The notes under the pieces are model-generated. The model was not told the DNA's origin. It made no database searches and worked only from the letters and a program-made list of their open reading frames with translations. This document shows, piece by piece, positions 40,997-51,469 of a DNA stretch of 64,000 nt. Made by a program: the position numbers and the translations under genes. The DNA comes from a virus (Duplodnaviria > Caudoviricetes), in the IMG/VR virus record IMGVR_UViG_3300028591_000098, positions 99,396-163,395 of that record. One strand, 5' to 3'. The stretch's first letter is position 1. Every line of letters begins with the position of its first letter.

Positions 40997-41578
40997 TTAT
41001 TTAAGTAATCTATCTGAATTAATTATGTTGTCATATTCAATTGCACTTATTTCTCCTTTAAGATATTTCCACGAATACCAATATTTCTTTAATCTTTTCT
41101 GTTCATATTCACCAAATTTGTTAAGACGTCTAATGTCCATATTATTTTCAAGATCATATATCTTAACTATTCTACCAATGTCATTTTTAGAAGCTCTTTT
41201 AATAAAATCAAAATATTTTTCGTTTTTTTGTCGAGTAACTGATTCTATAGCATCTAATATTTCTATATCATCAATACCTTCTTTTGATAATATATCTCTT
41301 GTCATATCAGTATCTTCAATAATATCATGAAGAAGTGCCACAATATATGCTTTATTATAGAAAATTGCATCATCACAGTATTTGTCTTTACAACATGTCT
41401 CGGCATATTGTCGTATACTAAATGCAACTGTTCTAAGATGTTCTATATAAGGATTTCCACCCTTATCTTTTTTATCTTTAAAATATTTTATAATTAATTC
41501 TAATGCCTTATATTGCATATCATAAATATGTTTATAAGGTTCTTTAAATTGTGGAGTAAAATATATTATTTCTTTCAT
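40997..41578 (-). CDS. HD-domain protein (RelA/SpoT hydrolase-like)
   Basis: DKGGNPYIEH, ALLHDIIEDT, VKIYDLENNMD. Confidence 0.85.
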   Translation of the reverse strand: MKEIIYFTPQFKEPYKHIYDMQYKALELIIKYFKDKKDKGGNPYIEHLRTVAFSIRQYAETCCKDKYCDDAIFYNKAYIVALLHDIIEDTDMTRDILSKEGIDDIEILDAIESVTRQKNEKYFDFIKRASKNDIGRIVKIYDLENNMDIRRLNKFGEYEQKRLKKYWYSWKYLKGEISAIEYDNIINSDRLLK

Positions 41579-41604
41579 ATATAAAAAATAGAAAAAATTA
41601 AATA

Positions 41605-41982
41605 TTATTTCAAATTTTCATCAATAATTTTATTTATCGCTTCAAATTTATCTTTAGTTATATTGACTTTTAAACCTGTCTGTAATATTAAGATATATGT
41701 TTCGGTATATTCTTCGGGAGGATTTCCAATTCTTTCAATAATTTTATTCATTAATAGTTTTGAATATTTTTCAATATCCTCCTGATTACTATTATGATTT
41801 AATTCTATTATATTATTATCTTCATCAATAAGTGGTGCAAATGATTGTTGATATTCATTTACAATATTATTATATTGTGTTTTCCAATTAGACCATTCTG
41901 ATGATTTAACCACTCTTTTTTCTAAAGAAAAAATAGAGTCTATGTTGACTCTATAATTTTCTGTAATCCATATGAATTTCAT
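41605..41982 (-). CDS. hypothetical protein
   Basis: ORF. Confidence 0.6.
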   Translation of the reverse strand: MKFIWITENYRVNIDSIFSLEKRVVKSSEWSNWKTQYNNIVNEYQQSFAPLIDEDNNIIELNHNSNQEDIEKYSKLLMNKIIERIGNPPEEYTETYILILQTGLKVNITKDKFEAINKIIDENLK

Positions 41983-41988
41983 ATATTA

Positions 41989-43080
41989 TTATATATTTAT
42001 TGTATATCCTGGTACATTCATTTCTTGATTTATTACTCTACCTTTATCAGTATTACTTGTTGTCTTTTTATATTCAACAGTTACTTTAGATGTTTCTGAT
42101 TTTTGCTCAACTGGTTTATTTTCTTGTTTATTTTCTATTTCTTGAGGAGAAAACCAAGTTATATTAACTTCTTTAGCTTTGGTAAATAAAGCATTTATGA
42201 ATTCTTTATACTTTTCATAATCTTCATAAATATCTTCATATTCTCTAGCTGCTTCTTCATATGCTTCAGCATTAATTTTTAATTCATTATATTTTTCTTT
42301 TAATAATTCATAATCTGCTTGAACTGCCAATTTTTCATTTTCACAACTATCATAAAGTTTATTCAACTTGTCAACTTTATCTTTTAATTCTATATTAAAT
42401 TTATTTAGTTCATCACAATCTTTTGCAAATTTTTCTTTTAATTCTATATCTTTTTTATGATTATTTAATGCACCAAATACTTCATCATATTTATTTTGAA
42501 GTAATTTATATGCTTTATCTTTTGACTCTATAATATTTTTTTGCTCTTCAAACTTTTTAATATATTCGGTTTGAATATTTTCTAATCTAAGTTCTGCTTC
42601 ACCTTTTGCAATATCATTTTCTTTAAATTTATTTTGAAGCTTCTCATAATTATCTTCAAGTTCATTATATCTATTTAAATCACCATCATGTAATTCTTTA
42701 ATTTCTACATATTTTTTACGAAGCTCTTCATATGCTGCTTCTGAATTCTTCAATTTTTCTTCTAATTCAGGTACTTTTGTATTAATTACATCAGATTCAA
42801 ATTTAGTTTGTTCTTTTATTTCTTCAGTTAATTTTTTATTTTCGGCAAAAACTTCATTATATGTATCTTGAAGAAGTTTATATGCTTGATCTTTTGATTT
42901 TATATTATTTTCATAACTTTCTTGTAACAAATTAAAAGACTCAGCATCATGTTTTAATTCATCATTTTTTTTGGTTAAATTTTCTATTTGAGCCTTTTGT
43001 TCTCTAAAAAATTTTGCTGCATTATTTAGACGTTCAGTCAATTTTGCATTATCTTGTTTTAATTGTTCAATTGTTTCCAT
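41989..43080 (-). CDS. long coiled-coil protein
   Basis: Heptad pattern; internal repeat SKDxAYKLLQxxYxEVF. Confidence 0.7.
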   Translation of the reverse strand: METIEQLKQDNAKLTERLNNAAKFFREQKAQIENLTKKNDELKHDAESFNLLQESYENNIKSKDQAYKLLQDTYNEVFAENKKLTEEIKEQTKFESDVINTKVPELEEKLKNSEAAYEELRKKYVEIKELHDGDLNRYNELEDNYEKLQNKFKENDIAKGEAELRLENIQTEYIKKFEEQKNIIESKDKAYKLLQNKYDEVFGALNNHKKDIELKEKFAKDCDELNKFNIELKDKVDKLNKLYDSCENEKLAVQADYELLKEKYNELKINAEAYEEAAREYEDIYEDYEKYKEFINALFTKAKEVNITWFSPQEIENKQENKPVEQKSETSKVTVEYKKTTSNTDKGRVINQEMNVPGYTINI

Positions 43081-43113
43081 AAAAATAGAAATATATTTTA
43101 TATTTAAAATAGA

Positions 43114-43142
43114 AAAGAGTTGAATTCGAATTCAACTCTTTT
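43114..43142 (-). terminator. intrinsic terminator overlapping a promoter-like -35
   Basis: aaaagagttgaatt/aattcaactctttt. Confidence 0.75.
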
Positions 43143-43491
43143 ATAAATATACATGGTTATTTTTATTTCTTCTTATTTCTTCTGCTTTATCACATACTTT
43201 TTTATATTCATTATAAGTTACAATTTTCCAATCTTCATCATTTTCATATTTATTAATCCATTCCAAACATTCTTGTAAATATCTTTTTAGTGCATATTCA
43301 TTACGAGGACTAATACTATCTATTTGATAATCAGTTTCTAATGTTTTATAATTAACACAATAAGGAGTTAACCATTCTTCATAAGAAAAAAATAAACAAT
43401 TTGTCTTAAATAATATTTCTGGTACATACCAATATTTACCATCAACATTATATGATTTTTTACATAATCTAATTTTATCTTTATTAATCAT
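43141..43491 (-). CDS. hypothetical protein
   Basis: ORF. Confidence 0.6.
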   Translation of the reverse strand: MINKDKIRLCKKSYNVDGKYWYVPEILFKTNCLFFSYEEWLTPYCVNYKTLETDYQIDSISPRNEYALKRYLQECLEWINKYENDEDWKIVTYNEYKKVCDKAEEIRRNKNNHVYL

Positions 43492-43822
43492 CTTTATTCA
43501 TTATTATATTATCAGTGTCAATTTCAATAATCTTAAATACAAATTTCATTATATCTTCTTTGGAGTTTTTATTTTCTTTCATTACACCTTTGAAGAAATT
43601 CATAACTATATTTCTAACTTTATCGATATATTTATACCAACAATGTCTTGCATCAACAAATCCTTCTTCAAATCCTACCCCATAAATATGTTCTAAAATG
43701 TCATAAAGATCATCTTTAATTTCTTCAAATTTGTCTTCTCCTATTTTACGACTGACACTATCCCATTCATCCCATTCAAAAAATGTCCAATCTTTATTTA
43801 CTTCTTCAAAAGGTCTAATCAT
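43484..43822 (-). CDS. hypothetical protein
   Basis: ORF. Confidence 0.6.
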   Translation of the reverse strand: MIRPFEEVNKDWTFFEWDEWDSVSRKIGEDKFEEIKDDLYDILEHIYGVGFEEGFVDARHCWYKYIDKVRNIVMNFFKGVMKENKNSKEDIMKFVFKIIEIDTDNIIMNKDD

Positions 43823-43823
43823 A

Positions 43824-44147
43824 TTAAGAGCGTTCTTTCATATTTACAATAAATTCTTTAATATTCTTTTCAAAACAAAGATATTCATAAAATGTATGAT
43901 CTTTTGGATGTTCACATATTTCTTCAAATGAATTCACATAATTAATATATTGAATAATTTCATCATCAGACATATTACAATATATTAGTTCAAATCCTTT
44001 TGTATAGGGATCCATAATACCCCAATCACCATTATGTTCGAAGATTACAAATCCTTCAAGTATTGTATCTTTTTTTGAAAATAATGCTCTATTAGCCCAA
44101 AAATCATCAAATTGCCAACCTAAATTTTCAAGTTTTTCTTTAGTCAT
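43824..44147 (-). CDS. hypothetical protein
   Basis: ORF. Confidence 0.6.
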   Translation of the reverse strand: MTKEKLENLGWQFDDFWANRALFSKKDTILEGFVIFEHNGDWGIMDPYTKGFELIYCNMSDDEIIQYINYVNSFEEICEHPKDHTFYEYLCFEKNIKEFIVNMKERS

Positions 44148-44160
44148 AATTATTATAATT

Positions 44161-44601
44161 TTAATATGATTTCATTACTCTATCTAGTTCGCGTTTATTA
44201 TCTTTATCTTTTATGTCATTACGTTTATCATAATTATGTTTACCTTTACAAATACCTATTTGTACTTTAATAAGTCCTCTATAAACATAAACTTTTAATG
44301 GAATAATAGTATATCCTGGAGATATTGTTTTTTGATTTATTTTTAATATTTCTTTTTTATTTAACAAAAGTTTTCTTTCGCGTTTTTCTTCATGATTAGT
44401 AAACTTATCAGAATCATATTTAGATATATGAGAATTTTTCATCCACATTTCATTCTTAGTGGATGTATAACAATATGCATCACTTATATTAGCTTTACCT
44501 GCCTTAATAGATTTAACTTCAGAACCATATAATACTATACCGGCATTATATGTTTCTAATATATCATAATCATATTTTGCTTTTCTATTAATTATTTCCA
44601 T
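44161..44601 (-). CDS. smpB: SsrA-binding protein SmpB
   Basis: NRKAKYDY, AGIVLYGSEVKS, RKLLLNKKEI, GKHNYDKR; start MEIINRK. Confidence 0.95.
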   Translation of the reverse strand: MEIINRKAKYDYDILETYNAGIVLYGSEVKSIKAGKANISDAYCYTSTKNEMWMKNSHISKYDSDKFTNHEEKRERKLLLNKKEILKINQKTISPGYTIIPLKVYVYRGLIKVQIGICKGKHNYDKRNDIKDKDNKRELDRVMKSY

Positions 44602-44754
44602 TATTTCATATTTAGTATAATTTATATAGAAATTATATGGTAATTTATTCAATATTAGTTATTTTTATTAACATTATAAGTTAAAATATCTTATAAATAA
44701 ATCTAAAAAATTATTTTTAATAAAGTTTATTTTTAAAATTAGATTATATATTTT

Positions 44755-46563
44755 ATGATTTTAGGAAATTTAAATAATGTATTTGATGGTGAACAATCAA
44801 TATATGAAGCAGTTAAAAGCAATTTTGACAATTCATATGAAAACATAAAAAATGCTTCATCTGGAATTAAAAAACCAACTAGATGGTCTAAAATATTAAC
44901 ATCATTATCTCATTATGGAATGAATTATGATGATAAAGTTTATCAAAACATGGTAGCTGTACCTGCCGATAAAGCTTTACAACCTAAAGATGATATTTTA
45001 TTACAACAAACTCTTTATAGTGCGTCAATGAATAACTGGCGTCAAAAACAAGAGGAAGATAAACCATTTAGTCAAAAAACTCTTGAACAAAAAAGAGAGG
45101 TACTTCGTAAGATGGCAATGCAACCAGAATTGGAAGATATTCTTGACATTATGTCTAATGAAGCCATTGTTTATGATGATGAAGAATCATATATTTGTCA
45201 ACCATTCTTAGATACCGGTCTTATTCAAGATTTAAATGAAAAGTCTGCTGATGAAATTAGATCTTCTATAGATGTATCATTCTATAAAATTTATATGTTG
45301 TTAGAATGGAAGAAAAATGCATGGGATGATTTCAAGAGATTTTTGATTGATGGTGTAATGGCTTATGAAATTATATATGATGATCTTGAAAGTCCAAAAT
45401 CAATTATTGGTATTGTAGACTTGGATCCGGCTACACTTACTAAAGTAGTTAAAGATGGTACTACTTATTGGGTACAATTTAAAGACGTTATTGGACGTGA
45501 ACGTACTTTATTAGATTCACAAGTTATATATATTAAATATGAAGATTCTGGTGTATCTACAAGACAATCATATCTTGAACGTTTGATTAGACCATTTAAT
45601 TTATATCGTATTGTTGAACAGGCACAAGTAATTTGGACAGTAACACAATCTTCATTTAAAACATTATTTACTATACCTGTTGGTGGTATGAATAAAGCTA
45701 AAGGTATGCAAACTTTGGCACAAGCAATGAATCGTTATAAAGAAGATATATCATTTAATACGGAAACTGGTGAACTTCAAGTAAATGGTAGAGTTAATAT
45801 GCCGTTTAGTAAAGAATATTGGTTACCGGAAAATGAACAAGGTAGACCAGAAATTGAAACTCTGGTAGATAATGGTCCACAATTAAATGATTCGGATCAA
45901 ATTAAGTACTTTGAATCTAAACTTTATAAAATGTCAAAAATCCCACAATCACGTTTTGATAAAGAGGCCCAGGCAACATGGTTTGGTTCAGATCCAACAC
46001 AAGCGTTACGTGATGAAATTGATTTTTCAAGATTTGTAACCCGTTTACGTAATACATTTGCAGAGATATTACTTAAACCACTTAAAATACAATTAACACT
46101 TTCAATACCTGATATAAAAAATGATAAGCGTATTCTCGATTCTATTTCTTTACGTTTTAATTCTTATAATGCTTTTGAAGAGCAAATGAATATTGAAGTA
46201 ATGACAAGACGTATTGAATTTATTGGAACAATGAAAGATAGTATAGCAACAACAGATGCTGAAGGAAATGAGGAATCGTTTTTCTCATTAAAATTCTTGG
46301 TTACAAAATATCTTAAGATGTCTGAAGCAGATCTTGAACTTAATGAGAAATTTAAGTTAGAAGAAAAATTGGCTAAACAAAAAGGTGGAGATGAAGAAGA
46401 ATCAGAAGAGAATTCGGATGACGAAGAATTAGGAGGATCAGATAATTCTGAAGAAGGATCTGATAATGGAGGTGCAGAAGAAGAAGGTGGTAGTGCTGGA
46501 GATATAGATTCTGAAATGATGGGTGAAGTACAACCTGAATCACCAGAAACAACACAATTATAA
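44755..46563 (+). CDS. portal protein (T4 gp20-like)
   Basis: SYLERL, EYWLPE...EIETL, IKYFESKLYKMSKIPQSRF, RDEIDFSRFVTRLR; acidic tail. Confidence 0.9.
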   Translation: MILGNLNNVFDGEQSIYEAVKSNFDNSYENIKNASSGIKKPTRWSKILTSLSHYGMNYDDKVYQNMVAVPADKALQPKDDILLQQTLYSASMNNWRQKQEEDKPFSQKTLEQKREVLRKMAMQPELEDILDIMSNEAIVYDDEESYICQPFLDTGLIQDLNEKSADEIRSSIDVSFYKIYMLLEWKKNAWDDFKRFLIDGVMAYEIIYDDLESPKSIIGIVDLDPATLTKVVKDGTTYWVQFKDVIGRERTLLDSQVIYIKYEDSGVSTRQSYLERLIRPFNLYRIVEQAQVIWTVTQSSFKTLFTIPVGGMNKAKGMQTLAQAMNRYKEDISFNTETGELQVNGRVNMPFSKEYWLPENEQGRPEIETLVDNGPQLNDSDQIKYFESKLYKMSKIPQSRFDKEAQATWFGSDPTQALRDEIDFSRFVTRLRNTFAEILLKPLKIQLTLSIPDIKNDKRILDSISLRFNSYNAFEEQMNIEVMTRRIEFIGTMKDSIATTDAEGNEESFFSLKFLVTKYLKMSEADLELNEKFKLEEKLAKQKGGDEEESEENSDDEELGGSDNSEEGSDNGGAEEEGGSAGDIDSEMMGEVQPESPETTQL

Positions 46564-46588
46564 TATAAATATAAAGTTATTTAATTAA

Positions 46589-47041
46589 ATGCAAAGTTTA
46601 AAAGATTATATATTATTGTTTGAAGCACCTTCAGAAGTTGATACTATAATAGGTGGTTTATTTACATTTAACAAAGAAACTACTGATGATGAAATTATAG
46701 ATACAATATTAAGAGATTTTGTAACAAAATGCGCAGGTATAATAAGAGATACATATGCACCTAATTGTGCATTACATTCTCTTTATACATATGATTTATT
46801 TAAACAACGTTATGGTGTAGAAAATGGCGGAGATGTTTCAACTGAAAAAATGTATCAAGAAATTCCATCAGAAAGATGTCAAGAGTTATTTAGTGAGATG
46901 TTTCCTGATTTAGCTAAGGTATTTTCTGCAGAAGAATTTAGAAGAATGTTTGATAATGGAGAATTTCCTCTTATAACAATTTGGAAAGGATATCATCAAA
47001 GTAGACAAGAAATACATGTAACATATCATATAAGTAGATAA
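46589..47041 (+). CDS. hypothetical protein, possible head-associated
   Basis: MQSLKDYILLFE N-terminus. Confidence 0.5.
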   Translation: MQSLKDYILLFEAPSEVDTIIGGLFTFNKETTDDEIIDTILRDFVTKCAGIIRDTYAPNCALHSLYTYDLFKQRYGVENGGDVSTEKMYQEIPSERCQELFSEMFPDLAKVFSAEEFRRMFDNGEFPLITIWKGYHQSRQEIHVTYHISR

Positions 47042-47043
47042 TT

Positions 47044-47751
47044 ATGAAATTAGATAAAGTTGAAATAGTACCAGGAGTTATTACAGATGTTGATGATCCT
47101 GAAAAGTTAGGTAGAGTAAAATGTGCAGCAGTTGGTTTATTTGATGAACGTACCATGGATAAAGATGTTTTACCATGGTGTATGCCTATTAGTATGGGAA
47201 GATATCAAATGTTTTCTGCTCCCGAAGTTGGTCGTAAAGTTTGGATTATAGACAATAAAGATAATGAAAACGAATTTTGGTATTTTCCAATGTTTGATTA
47301 TATTGATATTACCGAAAATTTAGTTAAAGAAAAATATGATAATGATTTAGATTTATTAGTTTCTCGAAAAACTTCATCAGGTAATGCACAATTATATTAT
47401 ACTAGTACTGATGGTTTTGTAATCAAATATGACGAATGGAATATTTCATTAGGACCTGAAGGAAATATATCTATACATGGACAAAATGGTGATATTGATA
47501 TTAAAGGTGGTCATGTATATTTAGGTAGAAATGCTGAAAGTGGAAGTTTTGAACCAGCAGTTAAAGCTAAACAATTACAAAATGTATTTCAACAATTACA
47601 AAATATATTTAGTGAATTACAACAAGCAGCTGCAGCAGGCCCATGGGATAATACAGCTTTAGCACCATATTTTCAAAAACTTGCAAATGAATGTGCAAAA
47701 GTTTCAAGTTCATCTCAAGGAATATGTTCTAAAAATGTATCTGTCAATTAA
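47044..47751 (+). CDS. gp5/VgrG-like OB-fold baseplate spike protein
   Basis: GVITDVDDPEKLGRVKC, LPWC, PEVGRKVW. Confidence 0.75.
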   Translation: MKLDKVEIVPGVITDVDDPEKLGRVKCAAVGLFDERTMDKDVLPWCMPISMGRYQMFSAPEVGRKVWIIDNKDNENEFWYFPMFDYIDITENLVKEKYDNDLDLLVSRKTSSGNAQLYYTSTDGFVIKYDEWNISLGPEGNISIHGQNGDIDIKGGHVYLGRNAESGSFEPAVKAKQLQNVFQQLQNIFSELQQAAAAGPWDNTALAPYFQKLANECAKVSSSSQGICSKNVSVN

Positions 47752-47756
47752 TTTAT

Positions 47757-49076
47757 ATGAGAATAGAAAAAGAAATAGTTGAAACAGAAAATGGTTATAC
47801 GAAAGATGGAATAGATTATTATTATCTTAAAACATATTATATATATTCTGATAAAGGTACATACGTTGGTGCTGCAACTATAGAATGTACAGCAAAAGGG
47901 TTTGAACCTGGTACTAGTGTTACATTCCAATCAAGATATAATTCTTTAGTTGAAAAGGCAAAAAGATTAGATAAAGAAGAATCTCAAGAAAAACAACAAC
48001 AATCAAAAGAAGATGAAAAAAAATCTTGGGCAATTAATCATGGTGTTAATTTTTTAGAAGGTAAACCATGTTCAACATTATCGGGCGATACTAATAAAAC
48101 AACTTATAATGTAACAATAACTAATATAAATGATGGTGTTGTATGGATAGAGAAAAAAGGTTTTGCTTCAAAAGACGAAGCAAGTAAATGGATTAGTGAA
48201 CAAAAAAATCAAGTTAATGCATTTGTTGGTGACATGAAAATATGGAAACCTAATGCTAGTGGTGAATTACAAGAAGAACCTCTTGGTATAACATTTGATG
48301 ATGAATATTCCGTAGAAATTGCTGAGGTATCTCCTAATAATGAAAAATCTTCTGCAAAAAGTGATTTACAAGAAAAAATAGGTAAAATAGAATTACCTGC
48401 AGAACTTTCACCTACAGAAATAGCCGCAAAAATTCAATCCGAAGTACAAAGTTTAACAACACAAATAAGTACCGATGCAATTAATGATTTAATAAATTAT
48501 TCTTTATCATTACCTGTAACAATTCCATCACGTATTCAAAAACATACAATGGATACGTTTAATGAAAGAAAAACAACATTATCTAAAGAATTAGGAAAAC
48601 TTGGAGTTAATATTGAAGATGATTTACTTAGTAAAGCAGAATCATATAATTCAAAAGCAAAAGCTAAAATATTAGAACAAGCACAAAAATTAATAGGTGA
48701 TGCGCAAACAGAAATTGAAAAGGCATTAGATAAAGTTGATAGTGGTGCACAAGATATTGCAAGACACGCAGAAGAAGGAATTTCATATGTAAAAAAACAA
48801 ATTAAAAATTTTGTAGAACCAATACAAAAAACTATTAATAGTAAATGTCAAACCGCAAAAAATAATATAGAAAAAACCACAGATAAAATGTGTGAAAGTG
48901 TTGGTCAAAAGGTTGGTCAAACAATGGCAGAAAAATATAATAGGGCCATTGAAATTGCAGCCAAAGAACAATATCAAAAAATAGAAACAAATAAGAAAAA
49001 GGCTATAACTAAAGCATATGCAGCTAAACAAAAGGCGATATTAAAAGTAATGGGTATGTTAGGTTTTAGTGCATAA
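47757..49076 (+). CDS. hypothetical helical protein
   Basis: 439-aa ORF. Confidence 0.6.
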   Translation: MRIEKEIVETENGYTKDGIDYYYLKTYYIYSDKGTYVGAATIECTAKGFEPGTSVTFQSRYNSLVEKAKRLDKEESQEKQQQSKEDEKKSWAINHGVNFLEGKPCSTLSGDTNKTTYNVTITNINDGVVWIEKKGFASKDEASKWISEQKNQVNAFVGDMKIWKPNASGELQEEPLGITFDDEYSVEIAEVSPNNEKSSAKSDLQEKIGKIELPAELSPTEIAAKIQSEVQSLTTQISTDAINDLINYSLSLPVTIPSRIQKHTMDTFNERKTTLSKELGKLGVNIEDDLLSKAESYNSKAKAKILEQAQKLIGDAQTEIEKALDKVDSGAQDIARHAEEGISYVKKQIKNFVEPIQKTINSKCQTAKNNIEKTTDKMCESVGQKVGQTMAEKYNRAIEIAAKEQYQKIETNKKKAITKAYAAKQKAILKVMGMLGFSA

Positions 49077-49086
49077 ATAATATAAT

Positions 49087-51012
49087 ATGGCAGAGAGTAA
49101 ACATATAGAGGAATTTAATCCAGTAAAGGAAATGGTCGGCGGTAAAGAAGCCGAACGAGTAATTTGGTCCACTAGTGTTATTGAAAGAGCATTGGAAGCT
49201 ATACAACAAGGTAAACCACTTAAAGCTTCTCCATTCTTTATGAAAAACACCAAATTATTAAAACCAGAACTTCTTTATAAACGAACTAAAGAAGAAATCG
49301 AAGATTATATTAAATGTAAAACAGATCCAGTTTATTTTGCATCTAAATGTTTTTTAATGACACCTGAAGGATTACAACCTTGTGTACTTCGTGATTATCA
49401 AATTGAATATCTTAGGCATTTACAAAAAAATAGATTTAGTATACTGCTTGCAGCGAGGCAAAGTGGTAAGTCAACAACAACAGCTATATATTGTCTTTGG
49501 GTAATATTATTTAATACAGATAAACAAGGTCTTATTCTTTCTAAATCTGGTCCGGCAGGTGCAGATTTGTTATCAAAGATTAAAGATATGTATTTATATT
49601 TACCATATCACTTGAAGATTGGCACTATGAAATGGAACCAACATGAAATTTCATTTGATAATAATTCATCTATTTCAACAGAAGCGTTCTCACCTACTGC
49701 AGGTCTTGGTAAAACAATTAACTTCCTTATTCTTGATGAGTTTGCTTGGTGTCCACCTAATGATGTAGAATTATTCTATAACAATATTATACCTACTATT
49801 ACTACCATTTCGGATTCTAATGTGTGTATAATGTCAACACAGAATGGATTTAATTTATTTTATAAACTTTGGAAAGCTGCTATAGAAAAAAAATCAATGT
49901 ATGCCCCATTTAAAGTTGATTGGCCACAAGTGCCTCAATATAATAAGAAAACAAAAAAATGGGAGAAACGTACACAAAAATGGAAAGATGAAATGGTTGG
50001 TATTTTAGGATCTGAAGAAGCATTCCAATATCAATATGGAACACAATTTAGTGCATCAGATAATTGTTTAGTATCTCGAGAATGTTTGTCTAAAATTAGA
50101 GATAAAGCAGTATTGTGGGAAAATAGATTAGAAGATATGGTTGATGCAGGATTTGACATATTTTTACCACATCCAAATATGTTATTTTGGCGTCCAGATT
50201 TTGATTTAAATGAATTACGTACAGGATATTTCTTATTATGTGATGATTTAGCTGAAGGTGGTGGATTAGATTATACTCCATTTAATATATTCCAATTAGT
50301 TGAAAAAGATCATTATAAACATGTAGGTAGATGGTATTCAAATACGGTTGATTTGGAAAATGCAGCATTAGAATTTTGGTTATTAGTTGGTCAGTTGTTT
50401 AATAGTGAAAGATGTATATGGTCATTAGAATGGAATACATATGGTGCATTATTCTATAATATTTTAATGAATTTAAATGAACCAGATTATGATGAAAAAT
50501 CTTCATATAGAAATAATATATGTCCAGAAGGAATAGAATTAAGTAATTTTGTGATGTATAAGAAAATATCTATTGAAGAACAAATATTTAATAATGGAAG
50601 TAAAGCAAAACATACAAGTAAATATGTTCCAGGTATTAAATTCACTGGAGGTAATAAAGGTACATATTGTTCATTATTGAAAATGAAATTTGAAAAAGAT
50701 CAAATAGATACAACTGATTTGATAACTATTAGTGAATTAGAGAATTTTGAAGACAAAAATGGTAATGGAATATATAAAGCATCAATAGGGCATGATGATT
50801 CTATTATGACATTTGTTCAAATACCTGCAGTAGAGCAAACACCTAAATATAAAGAATGGGTAGAAGAATTTGAAACTGGAGTTATTCAAAATAATATAAA
50901 CAATAATTGGGGAAATAATATTTGGGAAAATAATAATTCATATAATATATTTAATCAACAAATACCAACTATGGGTATGTATGATATATTTTCAACAAAT
51001 TTTAACAGATAA
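49087..51012 (+). CDS. terminase large subunit (T4 gp17-like)
   Basis: LRDYQ, AARQSGKST (Walker A), LILDEF (Walker B), DLAEG, HDD. Confidence 0.95.
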   Translation: MAESKHIEEFNPVKEMVGGKEAERVIWSTSVIERALEAIQQGKPLKASPFFMKNTKLLKPELLYKRTKEEIEDYIKCKTDPVYFASKCFLMTPEGLQPCVLRDYQIEYLRHLQKNRFSILLAARQSGKSTTTAIYCLWVILFNTDKQGLILSKSGPAGADLLSKIKDMYLYLPYHLKIGTMKWNQHEISFDNNSSISTEAFSPTAGLGKTINFLILDEFAWCPPNDVELFYNNIIPTITTISDSNVCIMSTQNGFNLFYKLWKAAIEKKSMYAPFKVDWPQVPQYNKKTKKWEKRTQKWKDEMVGILGSEEAFQYQYGTQFSASDNCLVSRECLSKIRDKAVLWENRLEDMVDAGFDIFLPHPNMLFWRPDFDLNELRTGYFLLCDDLAEGGGLDYTPFNIFQLVEKDHYKHVGRWYSNTVDLENAALEFWLLVGQLFNSERCIWSLEWNTYGALFYNILMNLNEPDYDEKSSYRNNICPEGIELSNFVMYKKISIEEQIFNNGSKAKHTSKYVPGIKFTGGNKGTYCSLLKMKFEKDQIDTTDLITISELENFEDKNGNGIYKASIGHDDSIMTFVQIPAVEQTPKYKEWVEEFETGVIQNNINNNWGNNIWENNNSYNIFNQQIPTMGMYDIFSTNFNR

Positions 51013-51067
51013 AAAAAGAAGGTAATATTATAACTATTTGTAATGATTAGTTTGAAATATTACCTTC

Positions 51068-51469
51068 TTAATGTTTTTCATTGTTAGTTGTCGCATTATT
51101 TTTTTGAACTATCGCAACTAACATATTTGAATTAGTTTTTATATTTTTAATTTCTTCAGGTAATTGAATATTAATTTTAATATTTTCAGGATAATCTAAA
51201 TATTCTTCAAATAATCTATCATCTACACAATTTATTGTTAATATATTGTTTTCTATAGTATATTGAATCGCATTATATAATTCTATATCTATTGTTTTAA
51301 TATTAATTCCAAATTCATCTCCTTGATAAATATTTATATTTGATGGAACATTTATTACAATTTCTTCTATATTTGTTTTATTTATATTGTTATCTGTATA
51401 TTCAACTGCATTTATATTGCTTATTGATAAACATATTGTTAAAATTATAGTTAATAAAAATTTTTTCAT
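51068..51469 (-). CDS. secreted protein, adhesin head (GIN)-like
   Basis: Signal peptide MKKFLLTIILTICLS; EEIVINVPSNINIYQGD...YTIENNILTI. Confidence 0.5.
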   Translation of the reverse strand: MKKFLLTIILTICLSISNINAVEYTDNNINKTNIEEIVINVPSNINIYQGDEFGINIKTIDIELYNAIQYTIENNILTINCVDDRLFEEYLDYPENIKINIQLPEEIKNIKTNSNMLVAIVQKNNATTNNEKH

